DNA from: an uncultured bacterium
GTDB lineage: Bacteria > SAR324 > NAC60-12
Length of the DNA: 64,000 nt
NCBI GenBank assembly: GCA_965662235.1
Contig: CBFIGY010000011.1
Coordinates: 30,110-94,109 of the forward strand
Direction: 5' to 3'
Of this stretch, positions 9,719 through 19,099 are shown one piece after another. The notes under the pieces are model-generated. The model saw only the letters and a list, made by a program, of their open reading frames with translations, ran no database searches and was not told where the DNA came from. A program made the translations under genes and the position numbers. Positions within the stretch are counted from its first letter, which is position 1. Each line of letters opens with the position of its first letter.

Positions 9719-10723
9719 ATGATTCAATTTGCTTGCATTGGTTTGGACCACCGTCACGTGTACGGCATGACGGAGGGATTGATTGCTGCTGGAGCCCGCT
9801 GCGTGGGGTTCTACACTCGAGAAGACGCAGAGCCCCTGGAAGGCTTTGTGCGTCGGTTCCCGGAGGTTCCCCGCGTGGCGACGCCAGAGGAGCTTTATGA
9901 GCGCGACGACCTTCAGGTCATCGTCTGTGCCGGAATTCCTGCCGAGCGGGCGGAGATCTGCATTCAGGCCATGCGGCACGGCAAGGACGTCATGGTGGAC
10001 AAACCCGGGGTGATTTCGCTGCAGCAGCTGGAGGCCGTGAAGGCGGCCCAAGCGGAAACCGGTGCCCGCTACAGCATCGACTTTTCTGAGCACTTTGAGG
10101 TCCCGGCGACCCTGAAGGCTAAGGAACTGATCGACCAAGGCGTCATTGGACAAGTGGTCCAGACCCTTGGGTTGGGACCTCACCGGCACAACGCGCACCT
10201 GCGGCGTCCCTGGTTTTATGAGAAGGCGCAGTACGGAGGCATTCTCACGGACATTGCTTCGCACCAGATCGACCAGTTCCTCTGGCTCACGGGCTCTTCT
10301 GACGCTGAGATTGTCAGCAGCGCCGTGGGCAACTACGCCAATCCGCAACATCCCGAGCTGGAGGATTACGGCGAGGTCTCTTTGCGCAGCGCCACGGCCA
10401 ATGGCTTCATTCGGGTGGACTGGTACACTCCAGACGCGCTGCCCACCTGGGGAGACGGGCGCCTCTTCATTCAGGGCACAGAAGGGTACATGGAACTGCG
10501 CAAGTACGTGGACATTCAAGGTGCCGACGGAGACAACCACCTCCTGCTTGTGACCGGAGACCGCTATGAACGCATTGACTGCCGTTCGGTGCCAGTGACG
10601 TACTTTGAGCAGTTCCTTGAAGACGTCCGGAACCGGACGGAAACGACGATGACGCATGAGCACTGCTTCACGGTCTGCCGCCTCGCTCTGGAAGCCCAGG
10701 CCCGCGCCTCTCGTCTGACCTGA
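9719..10723 (+). CDS. Gfo/Idh/MocA oxidoreductase with variant motifs
   Basis: GLDHRH in place of GxGxxG, VDKP in place of EKP, GGILTDIASHQID. Confidence 0.85.
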   Translation: MIQFACIGLDHRHVYGMTEGLIAAGARCVGFYTREDAEPLEGFVRRFPEVPRVATPEELYERDDLQVIVCAGIPAERAEICIQAMRHGKDVMVDKPGVISLQQLEAVKAAQAETGARYSIDFSEHFEVPATLKAKELIDQGVIGQVVQTLGLGPHRHNAHLRRPWFYEKAQYGGILTDIASHQIDQFLWLTGSSDAEIVSSAVGNYANPQHPELEDYGEVSLRSATANGFIRVDWYTPDALPTWGDGRLFIQGTEGYMELRKYVDIQGADGDNHLLLVTGDRYERIDCRSVPVTYFEQFLEDVRNRTETTMTHEHCFTVCRLALEAQARASRLT

Positions 10724-10731
10724 GCCTCCGT

Positions 10732-13700
10732 ATGCCGGCACTGCCTCCTTACCAATGGCCCTTGCACCGAACCCGCATCCGGCAATTCCGTGAACGGGTC
10801 GAGGCTCGGATCCTAGCAGACTGGGTGCCCCTGCAGGCACGTTTTGCCCGGACGGTTGACCCGGTGCCGTTTGCGGAGCGGCAGGCCTTGGCCTACCAGC
10901 CCATTGAAGAAGGAGCGGTCTGGGGCACGACCTGGGACAGCGCCTGGTTTCACCTGACGGGAACCATCCCGGAGGCATGGCGTCACGAGAGAGTGGTGGC
11001 CGTGTTGGATTTCAATGGTGAGGGGTTGGTGTTCTCAGAAACCGGAGACCCGCTGCAGGGGCTGACGAACGGCAGCGTGTTTGGTGACCTGACCCGCAAC
11101 ACCTTCCGGATTCCCTCCTCGAATGGCGCCCGCCCGTCGGTGGACCTGTGGGTCGAGGCGGCGGCCAATGGCCTTTCGGGAGTTGCACAGCAGCGCAACC
11201 CACCCGGAACATTGAACCGAGAGGGCCTTTATGAAGGTCGCGTGAACCGCATCCGGCTGGCTCGTTTCCCGGAGGAACTCTATCACCTTTGGCTGGATCT
11301 GGAGGTGCTGGAAGGCGTCTTGGACACGGTTCCGGAAGACTCCATGCGGTTTGCCCGTCTCCTCCAGGGGCTGGTGGCGGTGCAGGCTGTGTATGCCGAC
11401 CAACCGGAGAACGCATCTCAGTGCCGGGCCTTTTTGGCGCCGCTGCTGCAGATGCCTGCCCATGCAACCACCCTGACCCTCCAAACCGTTGGGCACGCCC
11501 ACATTGACACCGGATGGCTCTGGCCCGTCCGGGAAACGATCCGCAAGTGTGCCCGGACCTTTGCCAACCAGTTGGACCTTCTGGAACGCTATCCGGACTA
11601 CGTCTTTGGGGCATCGCAGCCCCAGCACTATGCCTTTGTCAAGCAGCACTACCCAACGCTGTATGCTCGGGTGCAGGAGGCGGTCGCGTCCGGGCGCTGG
11701 GAGCTTCAGGGCGGCATGTGGGTGGAGCCCGACTGCAACCTGGTGAGCGGCGAGTCTCTGGTACGGCAGATTCTTCATGGCAAGAACTTCTTCTGGCAGG
11801 AGTTTGGAGTGGAGGTCAAGACCTGCTGGATTCCGGACGTTTTCGGGTACTCCGCGGCACTGCCTCAGATTCTGCGCAAGTCCGGGATTTCGAGCTTCCT
11901 GACACAGAAGATCAGCTGGAACCAGTTCAACCGCTTCCCGCACCACACCTTCCGGTGGCAGGGGTTGGATGGCTCCGAAGTGCTCACCCACTTTCCTCCT
12001 GAAGACACCTACAACAGCCAACTGACAGCGGCTGGACTCAAGAAGGCGGAGCGGCAGTTTGCAGAGAAGGGGTTTCTGGACACAGCAATGAACCTCTTTG
12101 GCGTCGGAGACGGCGGAGGCGGTCCGACAGCAGAGATGATTGAACGCGGCAGGCGGCACCAGAATCTGGAAGGCTTGCCCCGGGTCCGCTTCGGGCGTGC
12201 CGATGCGTTTTTCGAAGCCCTGGCGTCTCAGGCTGAAGAGCTTCCGGTGTGGGTGGGCGAGCTTTACCTCGAGTACCACCGTGGCACCTACACCTCGCAG
12301 GCCCGGACCAAGTGGAACAACCGCCGCTTGGAGGAAGCGCTCCGGGCAACAGAGTACCTTTACAGCCGCTTTCTTCCCCTAGACGCCTATCCTGCAGACA
12401 CGCTTGAGGCGACCTGGAAGACCCTGCTCCTCAATCAGTTTCACGACATCCTTCCCGGGTCCAGCATCGGGTGGGTGTATGAGGTGACGGAACGTGAGCA
12501 TGCGCAGGCACTGGCCACCTGTGCCCACCTCCAAGACGCTGCGGCTGCGGTGGTGTTTCCAGAGCATCCGGACCGTTTGGTGCTGCTCAACACCCTGACG
12601 GTTCCCGTCACGTCCTCCCTGCTCCTCCCTTCCGGATGGGCGGGGGCTCAGCTTTTGGGCGGCCAGCCGCTGCCGACTCAGGCAGACCCGGACGGTTCGG
12701 TCTGGGCTCAGATCACGGTTCCAAGCCAAAAGGTTCTGACGCTTGAGCGCGGTCCCGAGGCGCCGACGTCGGTTCCGGAACCGCAGCGGGTGCTGGAAAA
12801 TGACTGGATCCGCTACGAACTGACGGAGCACGGTGAGCTGTGCCGGGCGTATGACAAGGAACTCCAGCGCGAGTGGTTGCCCCCGGGAACCCTGGGCAAC
12901 GTCCTCTCGCTTTATGAAGACCAGCCTCACGCCTATGATGCCTGGGAAATCGACATCGGTTACGAAGCCTTGCTTCTGGAGACCGCTCAGGGGCAGTCTT
13001 GGACCTCGATGGGAAGCGGGCCGGTGCAGCAAGGACTGCGCTTCGTGCTCCGCGTGGGGCTGTCGACCCTGACCCAAACCCTGACGCTGGCAACGCACTC
13101 CCGGGAGCTGCGGGTGACCACCGAAGTGGACTGGCAGGAAACGCACCGGATGCTCCGTGTCGCCTTCCCGGTTGCGGTGCAGAGTGACGCTGCGACCTTT
13201 GCCGTGCAGTTTGGCACCGTCAAGCGTCCGACTCATCAGAACACCAGTTGGGACGTCGCGCGCTTCGAAAGCGTTGCCCACCAGTTTGTGGACCTCTCGG
13301 ATGCGTCCGGAGGCGTGGCACTGCTCAACGATGGCAAGTACGGACACAAGGTTCAGGGCGCCTGCCTCGACCTCAACCTCCTCCGCTCTCCCACCGATCC
13401 GGATCCGCACGCAGATCAAGGCCTCCACCGCTTCACCTACAGCTTCTTTCCTCATCCGGGAGACGTCGTCACCGGAAACGTTTGGGCGCAGGCGCAGGCT
13501 CTCAATCAGCCGCCGCTGTGCTTTCCCGGACGCACGGCCATGGAAACAGAGGCGCCGCAGGTTCGGGTGGTGGGCGAAGGTCTCAGCCTAGAAGCCTTCA
13601 AGAAAGCCGAGCAGGAAGCCTGCTGGGTGATCCGGATTGTGGAGGTGCTCGGGCGGAGCTGCACGGGGGGCCTCGAAGTGCCTCCGGAAGTTGAGATTGA

Positions 13701-13830
13701 GGAGACGGACCTGATGGAGTGGAAGCCCCTTGCTGGGCGACATACGGGGGCCATGCCATTGAACTTTCAGCCTTTTGAAATCCGGACCTTCAAGCTGTAC
13801 CCACCACCGGAGTTGTCTTCAGACTCCTGA
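10732..13830 (+). CDS. Alpha-mannosidase, glycoside hydrolase family 38
   Basis: GHAHIDTGWLW, WIPDVFGYS, GELYLEYHRGTY, NQFHDILPGS. Confidence 0.95.
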   Translation: MPALPPYQWPLHRTRIRQFRERVEARILADWVPLQARFARTVDPVPFAERQALAYQPIEEGAVWGTTWDSAWFHLTGTIPEAWRHERVVAVLDFNGEGLVFSETGDPLQGLTNGSVFGDLTRNTFRIPSSNGARPSVDLWVEAAANGLSGVAQQRNPPGTLNREGLYEGRVNRIRLARFPEELYHLWLDLEVLEGVLDTVPEDSMRFARLLQGLVAVQAVYADQPENASQCRAFLAPLLQMPAHATTLTLQTVGHAHIDTGWLWPVRETIRKCARTFANQLDLLERYPDYVFGASQPQHYAFVKQHYPTLYARVQEAVASGRWELQGGMWVEPDCNLVSGESLVRQILHGKNFFWQEFGVEVKTCWIPDVFGYSAALPQILRKSGISSFLTQKISWNQFNRFPHHTFRWQGLDGSEVLTHFPPEDTYNSQLTAAGLKKAERQFAEKGFLDTAMNLFGVGDGGGGPTAEMIERGRRHQNLEGLPRVRFGRADAFFEALASQAEELPVWVGELYLEYHRGTYTSQARTKWNNRRLEEALRATEYLYSRFLPLDAYPADTLEATWKTLLLNQFHDILPGSSIGWVYEVTEREHAQALATCAHLQDAAAAVVFPEHPDRLVLLNTLTVPVTSSLLLPSGWAGAQLLGGQPLPTQADPDGSVWAQITVPSQKVLTLERGPEAPTSVPEPQRVLENDWIRYELTEHGELCRAYDKELQREWLPPGTLGNVLSLYEDQPHAYDAWEIDIGYEALLLETAQGQSWTSMGSGPVQQGLRFVLRVGLSTLTQTLTLATHSRELRVTTEVDWQETHRMLRVAFPVAVQSDAATFAVQFGTVKRPTHQNTSWDVARFESVAHQFVDLSDASGGVALLNDGKYGHKVQGACLDLNLLRSPTDPDPHADQGLHRFTYSFFPHPGDVVTGNVWAQAQALNQPPLCFPGRTAMETEAPQVRVVGEGLSLEAFKKAEQEACWVIRIVEVLGRSCTGGLEVPPEVEIEETDLMEWKPLAGRHTGAMPLNFQPFEIRTFKLYPPPELSSDS

Positions 13831-13978
13831 AAAGACGCTGTCGCTTGCTCCTTTTTTCTGGACTCGTCACAATGGAAACCTTCCTCTGAGGGAACCTGCT
13901 CCTGAGCCGGAACCTCCGGCATCAGCAGGCCCACCTTGGGCCAGGCGCCCACGTTCATTGGTCTTCATCACAACTTCC

Positions 13979-14704
13979 ATGAAATCAGATGCATCTTCCT
14001 CCTCAGTAGCTGAGGGGAGGCTTTTTGGCATTGGTGTTGGTCCGGGCGACCCCGAGCTGTTGACGCTGCAAGCGGTCCGGGTCATGAACGAATGTGCGGT
14101 GCTGGCGTGGCCGGCGCCAGAGAGTGGCCGGGGGTTGGCATTTGACATTGCAGCGCCGCACCTACGAAACGAGTCACAGACCCGGCTTCCGCTGCACCTG
14201 CCGATTGGGCTCGACCCCTTTCCCGCGCAGCAGGCGTATGACGGAATGGCGGAGCGCCTGACTCCGTGGCTGGAGAGCGGTGCAACGGTTGGGGTCCTGT
14301 GCGAGGGCGACCCGCTTTTTTATGGCTCGTTCATGTACCTCTTGGAGCGGCTGGGAAGTCAGTTCCCGGTGACGGTGGTTCCGGGAGTTTCGTCGCTGAT
14401 GGCCTGTGCTGCGGCAGCAAAGTGGCCTCTGGTTTCGCGCAATGAGCCGTTTCAGGTGCTGCCGGGGCCGCTTCCGAACGAGGTCCTCGAAGAGTGCCTC
14501 AGCCGTCCGGGAACTTACGCCTTGATGAAGGTGGGGCGTCACTTTGCGCGACTGCGGGGGGTGCTGCGGGAATTGGGGCTGCTGAAGACGTCCTGCTACA
14601 TCGCGCACGCTTCCCGTCCGGATGAGCAGGTGCTGCCGCTGGAGGAGGTGGTTCCGGAGGAAGTGCCTTACTTTTCCATGATTTTGGTGAAAACGCATGC
14701 CTGA
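13979..14704 (+). CDS. cobI: Precorrin-2 C20-methyltransferase
   Basis: LFGIGVGPGDPELLT, LCEGDPLFYGSF, VPGVSS, PYFSMIL; ATG at 13979. Confidence 0.9.
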   Translation: MKSDASSSSVAEGRLFGIGVGPGDPELLTLQAVRVMNECAVLAWPAPESGRGLAFDIAAPHLRNESQTRLPLHLPIGLDPFPAQQAYDGMAERLTPWLESGATVGVLCEGDPLFYGSFMYLLERLGSQFPVTVVPGVSSLMACAAAAKWPLVSRNEPFQVLPGPLPNEVLEECLSRPGTYALMKVGRHFARLRGVLRELGLLKTSCYIAHASRPDEQVLPLEEVVPEEVPYFSMILVKTHA

Positions 14705-16496
14705 CCCAATTGTCCTCTGTTTGAATGACGCTTCTCGCCCGCTTGCGGAGCAGGTGGCAGACGCGATTGGAGGAGTGGTGCATGGGCGCACCGGGCGGGT
14801 GTCTGAGGCAGCAGAACACTTTTCGGACACGGTGACGCACCTGCAGGCTTGCTTTCAACAGGGGCACCCCTTGATTGCGCTCTGTGCCGCGGGCATTGTC
14901 ATCCGGGCGCTGGCCCCGCTGCTGGCGGACAAACGGCAGGAGCCTCCGGTGCTGGTGGTGTCGGAAAATGGCGCTTCGGTGATTCCGCTGCTTGGAGGAC
15001 ACCAGCAGGCCAACCGTTTGGCGCAGACGCTGGCAGAAGCCCTTTCGGCTCATGCCGCTGTGAGCACCGCAGGAGACCTCCGGTTTGGCATCGCGTTGGA
15101 CGATCCGCCTGATGGACTGACACTCGCGCATCCGGAGGCTGCCAAGTCCTTTATGGCGGCATTGCTGTCCGGCGCCTCGGTTCGCCTTGAAGGGCACCAC
15201 CCTTGGCTGGCGGAGGCGACGTTGCCGTGGGCAGACGACGCGACGCACGCGCTGGTAGTGACGCCTCAGGTGCTCCCGGAACATCCGGAGCGTTTGGTGT
15301 ATCACCCCCGAACCCTGACGCTGGGGGTGGGGTGCGAACGTGGGTGTTCTGTGGAAGAACTGCAGGCGCTGGTCACCGAGACCCTGGTGGCGCATCAGCT
15401 GGCACCTGAAGCGGTGGCCGGAGTCTATTCCCTGGACCTCAAGGCCGATGAGCCGGCTGTGCAGGCACTGGGGGCACAGTTAGAGAGGCCGGTGCGTTTC
15501 TTTTCCGCAGCAACCCTAGAGCAGGAGGCTCCGCGTTTGGCGCATCCTTCTGAAGTGGTGTTTCAGGAAGTGGGCTGTCACGGGGTCGCTGAGGGAGCAG
15601 CACTTGCTGCAGCGGGTCCGGAGGGGCTCCTGCGTGTTCCCAAACAGAAATCCACCCGAGCAACCTGCGCAGTGGCAGAAGTGCCTCAGCCGCTCGATGG
15701 CGCTGCGTGTGGGCGTTCGCAGGGGGTGCTCTCGGTGGTGGGAACCGGCCCCGGACAAGCGTCCTGGCGTCTGCCGGAGAGCGAACAGTGGCTCCGCGAG
15801 GCAACGGACTGGGTGGGGTATGGGCTGTACCTGGACCTCGTGGAGGACCTTCATGAAGCCCAGACGCAGCACCGGTTTCCGCTCGGTGAGGAGACCGATC
15901 GGGTTCGGCATGCCTGGGAGCTGGCGGCTTCCGGGAAAAACGTGGCGCTGATTTCTTCAGGAGACCCCGGAATTTATGCCATGGCGACGCTGGTGTTTGA
16001 GCTGCTGGAGGCCGAGGGAACTCCCGCGTGGCAACGGGTGCAGGTGCAGGTTGCTCCCGGCATTTCGGCGCTGCAGGCGGCTTCGGCTCGCATGGGGGCG
16101 CCGCTTGGACATGACTTCTGTGCCCTCTCGCTTTCGGACCTCCTGACTCCCCGAGAAGTGATTGAGCAGCGGGTGGAAGCGGCGGCAGCGGCTGATTTTG
16201 TCATTGCTTTCTACAACCCGGTTTCTCGGCGGCGGACGGAGCTGCTGGAGTGGGCCCGGGACCGGCTGCTCGCGCATCGACCTGCAGACACTCCGGTGCT
16301 GCTGGCCCGGAACCTAGGACGCCCTCAGGAGTCGCTGCAGGTGCGGTCGCTTGCGGAACTGCGGAGTGCAGAGGTCGACATGCTGACGGTGGTGCTGGTG
16401 GGGTCGTCACAGACCCGATTGGTTGATCAGCCCACGCGTCGCTGGATGTTCACGCCCCGAGGGTATGCAAAAAAACGCTCTGGGACTGGAAACTGA
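14697..16496 (+). CDS. cobJ: CbiG-CobJ(CbiH) fusion, precorrin-3B C17-methyltransferase
   Basis: CbiG motifs (ATGIV-like AAGIVIR, LLGGH, LGVGCERG, GVAEGAAL) followed by VVGTGPG, SSGDPGIYAMA, GAPLGHDFC, TPRGY. Confidence 0.9.
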   Translation: MPDPIVLCLNDASRPLAEQVADAIGGVVHGRTGRVSEAAEHFSDTVTHLQACFQQGHPLIALCAAGIVIRALAPLLADKRQEPPVLVVSENGASVIPLLGGHQQANRLAQTLAEALSAHAAVSTAGDLRFGIALDDPPDGLTLAHPEAAKSFMAALLSGASVRLEGHHPWLAEATLPWADDATHALVVTPQVLPEHPERLVYHPRTLTLGVGCERGCSVEELQALVTETLVAHQLAPEAVAGVYSLDLKADEPAVQALGAQLERPVRFFSAATLEQEAPRLAHPSEVVFQEVGCHGVAEGAALAAAGPEGLLRVPKQKSTRATCAVAEVPQPLDGAACGRSQGVLSVVGTGPGQASWRLPESEQWLREATDWVGYGLYLDLVEDLHEAQTQHRFPLGEETDRVRHAWELAASGKNVALISSGDPGIYAMATLVFELLEAEGTPAWQRVQVQVAPGISALQAASARMGAPLGHDFCALSLSDLLTPREVIEQRVEAAAAADFVIAFYNPVSRRRTELLEWARDRLLAHRPADTPVLLARNLGRPQESLQVRSLAELRSAEVDMLTVVLVGSSQTRLVDQPTRRWMFTPRGYAKKRSGTGN

Positions 16497-16558
16497 GCGG
16501 ACTTCCTGTCATCCTCCCCCAACGTCCTTCTTGCTCTCTTTTTCTGACTCAGGTGGCT

Positions 16559-17206
16559 ATGACGCTCGCACTTTTTGACCTTGACCACACCCTGCTGGAT
16601 GGGGACACGGAACGCCTGTGGGCCACTCGGCAGATTGAGTTGGGCTTCATGGAGGCATCGGTGATGGATCGATTTGCCGCATTTGATCAGGATTACGTGG
16701 CAGGGAAGCTCGATCTGCGGGCCTACATGCGTTACTACTTTGAGCCGCATCAGCGGCTGCCGCGAACCCTTTTGGAGCAGGCCCGGGATCAGTTTCTGGA
16801 AGAGGTCATCCGGCCTCGGCTTCGGCTTGCCAAACAGGTGGCTTGGCACCGGGAGCAGGGGCACGATTTGGTGCTCATTACCGCATCTTCCTGCTTCACA
16901 GGGTTGCCCATTGCCAAACTGCTGGGTTTTGTCCATGGGTTGGCCACTGACATTGAGGAGACGCCGGAAAGATTTACCGGGGAGATCATCGGAACGCCTT
17001 GCTTCCGGGAACAGAAGCTGGTGCGGCTGCAGGCCCTCATGGAGGCTCATGGCTGGAGCCTAGAGGAAAGCTGGGGGTACAGCGACTCCATCAACGACCT
17101 GCCTCTGCTGGAAGCGGTCACACACCCGGTTCTCGTGACCCCTGACGCACGGCTGCAGGCGATTGGGGAAGCCCGGGGATGGAAGATCTTGGAGGATTTG
17201 TCCTGA
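16559..17206 (+). CDS. HAD-IB family phosphatase
   Basis: FDLDHTL, ITAS, YSDSINDLPLL. Confidence 0.9.
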   Translation: MTLALFDLDHTLLDGDTERLWATRQIELGFMEASVMDRFAAFDQDYVAGKLDLRAYMRYYFEPHQRLPRTLLEQARDQFLEEVIRPRLRLAKQVAWHREQGHDLVLITASSCFTGLPIAKLLGFVHGLATDIEETPERFTGEIIGTPCFREQKLVRLQALMEAHGWSLEESWGYSDSINDLPLLEAVTHPVLVTPDARLQAIGEARGWKILEDLS

Positions 17207-17279
17207 GGCAGGTGGAAGGGCTGGCAAGCCAACCCTTCCGGTAAACAGGCAGACCTCAAAGGGCCCGCCTGTGGGGACG

Positions 17280-17420
17280 CTAGAAATGGTGCAGAGAGTG
17301 TGCCGCCATTGAATGAGGGGTCGTTTTTTTGACCGAGACCGCGTGCAGGTTGAGGGCATTGAGCAGCAAGCTCAGCGCGATTCCGGTGCCGAGAGCCAGC
17401 AGGCGAATTTTTAGAGTCAT
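17280..17420 (-). CDS. Small 46-aa protein with a hydrophobic N-terminus (not in the ORF track)
   Basis: MTLKIRLLALGTGIALSLLLNALNLHAVSVKKTTPHSMAAHSLHHF; GAGG 5 nt upstream of the ATG. Confidence 0.5.
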   Translation of the reverse strand: MTLKIRLLALGTGIALSLLLNALNLHAVSVKKTTPHSMAAHSLHHF

Positions 17421-17646
17421 GTGGACCTCATGCGCAGGGAGTGAGTGAAAGTCCCTACCGTACGGGGTGCATGTGATGATTGATTGCTGAACACGTTAGA
17501 GTTCCGTGAGATTTCCTCCCTGTCGAGGGAGAGAAATGGTGCTGTTTGATGAAAACGGCATGTTTTTTGGAGCCCTGCTCCTTCAATAGGACCTGAAAGC
17601 CCGTTCAGGCGCTTTAAAAACCTCAGATCAAGGACCCTGAATCCTT

Positions 17647-18534
17647 ATGAAATTTCGAGTACTCATCCTGACCCTCTCTCTCGCCCTCCTCTCCAACGGG
17701 GCCATGGCCAAGTCGCCAACGGCCGCCTATCAAGGTAAGTACAAGGCTGTGTTGCTGCTCAACGCGGACACCGGCAAGCCACTCCTCGCGGAAAACATTG
17801 ACCGGACGGTGTATCCGGCCTCAGTGGTGAAGCTGATGACGGCGTTGCTGACGCTGGAAGCCGTGGAATCGGGTGATGTGCACTGGAAGGATGTGGTCGA
17901 GGTGTCTCGGAAGGCAAGCCGGATTGGCGGCAGCCAGGTTTACCTCAAGCAGGGGGAACGGTTTGCGCTGCAGGAGTTGACCAAAGCCATGATCATCAGC
18001 TCAGCCAATGATGCGGCCTATGCCATTTCCGAGTACCTCGGAGGAACCTCGGAGGACTTTGTGTTCCAGATGAATGAGCGGGCCCGTCAACTGGGCATGA
18101 ACCACACCCGATACACCAGCCCACACGGTTTGCCACCAGGACGGAACCAGAAGCCGAACATCACGACCGCCCGGGACCTGTCCCTACTCGCGCAGGAGGT
18201 GCTGAAGCACCCAACCTACTTCAAGTGGTCCTCGACTCGGCTCGACTCTTTCCGCAAGGGCACCTTTCAGCTCCTCAACACGAACCACAAGCTGCTCCGA
18301 AGTTACGACGGCATGGACGGGATGAAGACGGGCTACTACCGCAAAGCGGGCTTCAACCTGGTGGCCACGGCCCACCGGAATGGTGAGCGCCTGATCTCCA
18401 TTGTGATCGGCTCCCCCAACTCTCGGGTCCGGAACCAGCTGACCGCCGCCCTGCTGGATTCAGGCTTCCAGCACCTTGCGCAACAGGCGCATCCGGAAGA
18501 CGCGGAAGGCCTCCACTCCTTGGCCACCCGCTAA
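17647..18534 (+). CDS. D-alanyl-D-alanine carboxypeptidase (peptidase S11)
   Basis: Signal peptide; SxxK (ASVVK), SxN (SAN), KTG. Confidence 0.92.
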   Translation: MKFRVLILTLSLALLSNGAMAKSPTAAYQGKYKAVLLLNADTGKPLLAENIDRTVYPASVVKLMTALLTLEAVESGDVHWKDVVEVSRKASRIGGSQVYLKQGERFALQELTKAMIISSANDAAYAISEYLGGTSEDFVFQMNERARQLGMNHTRYTSPHGLPPGRNQKPNITTARDLSLLAQEVLKHPTYFKWSSTRLDSFRKGTFQLLNTNHKLLRSYDGMDGMKTGYYRKAGFNLVATAHRNGERLISIVIGSPNSRVRNQLTAALLDSGFQHLAQQAHPEDAEGLHSLATR

Positions 18535-18589
18535 GCCCCCCTTTAGACGCCTCCGGGTGTTTCCCCACCGGCGTTGGCTCCTTCCGGGG

Positions 18590-18901
18590 TCAGGACGCCG
18601 GAGGGGCAAAGACGTTCCACCGCTGCAGGCAGTTGCTCTTGATCTGAGCGTTCACGACCCGGTGGCAAAAGAGGTCATCCCCCTTGATCATGCCTCGGCA
18701 GTAGTTGCGCCGGTCCTTTTCCAGAATCTCCTCACAGAATAAAGACGCGACCGTTGGGTCAGGCGTGTTCAGGGCCTGACAGAGGTACCGGTCGTCCCCA
18801 AAGTCAACCCGTTCACAGGGACGGGCGGGAGCAACAGAGTCGGAGGCGGACGCGCAGCCGACCAGCAGCAGCGCGATGCCCAGCAACACAGAGGGATTCA
18901 T
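18590..18901 (-). CDS. Small Cys-rich lipoprotein
   Basis: Lipobox LVGC; six further Cys. Confidence 0.7.
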   Translation of the reverse strand: MNPSVLLGIALLLVGCASASDSVAPARPCERVDFGDDRYLCQALNTPDPTVASLFCEEILEKDRRNYCRGMIKGDDLFCHRVVNAQIKSNCLQRWNVFAPPAS

Positions 18902-19099
18902 GGAGCATTGTTTGTGGGTAAGGAAAGGAGCCAGTCGGTCAAAATGCCTGAGGCTGTCCGGAAACGCACAACTCTACCGCACGTGCCCCATTTGGCACAA
19001 GAAGAGTTTTGAACAGCCGGTTGCTCGCCAGTCGCAAGGGTAGAAAAAAGAGGCGCCCGGCGGAAGAGACGCTTTTGAGGCGAGGTGGAGGCGCCTGCG

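Noticed and set aside
18993..19010. TGGCAC as a sigma-54 -24 box
   Set aside because: No TTGC at -12 and no + strand gene downstream
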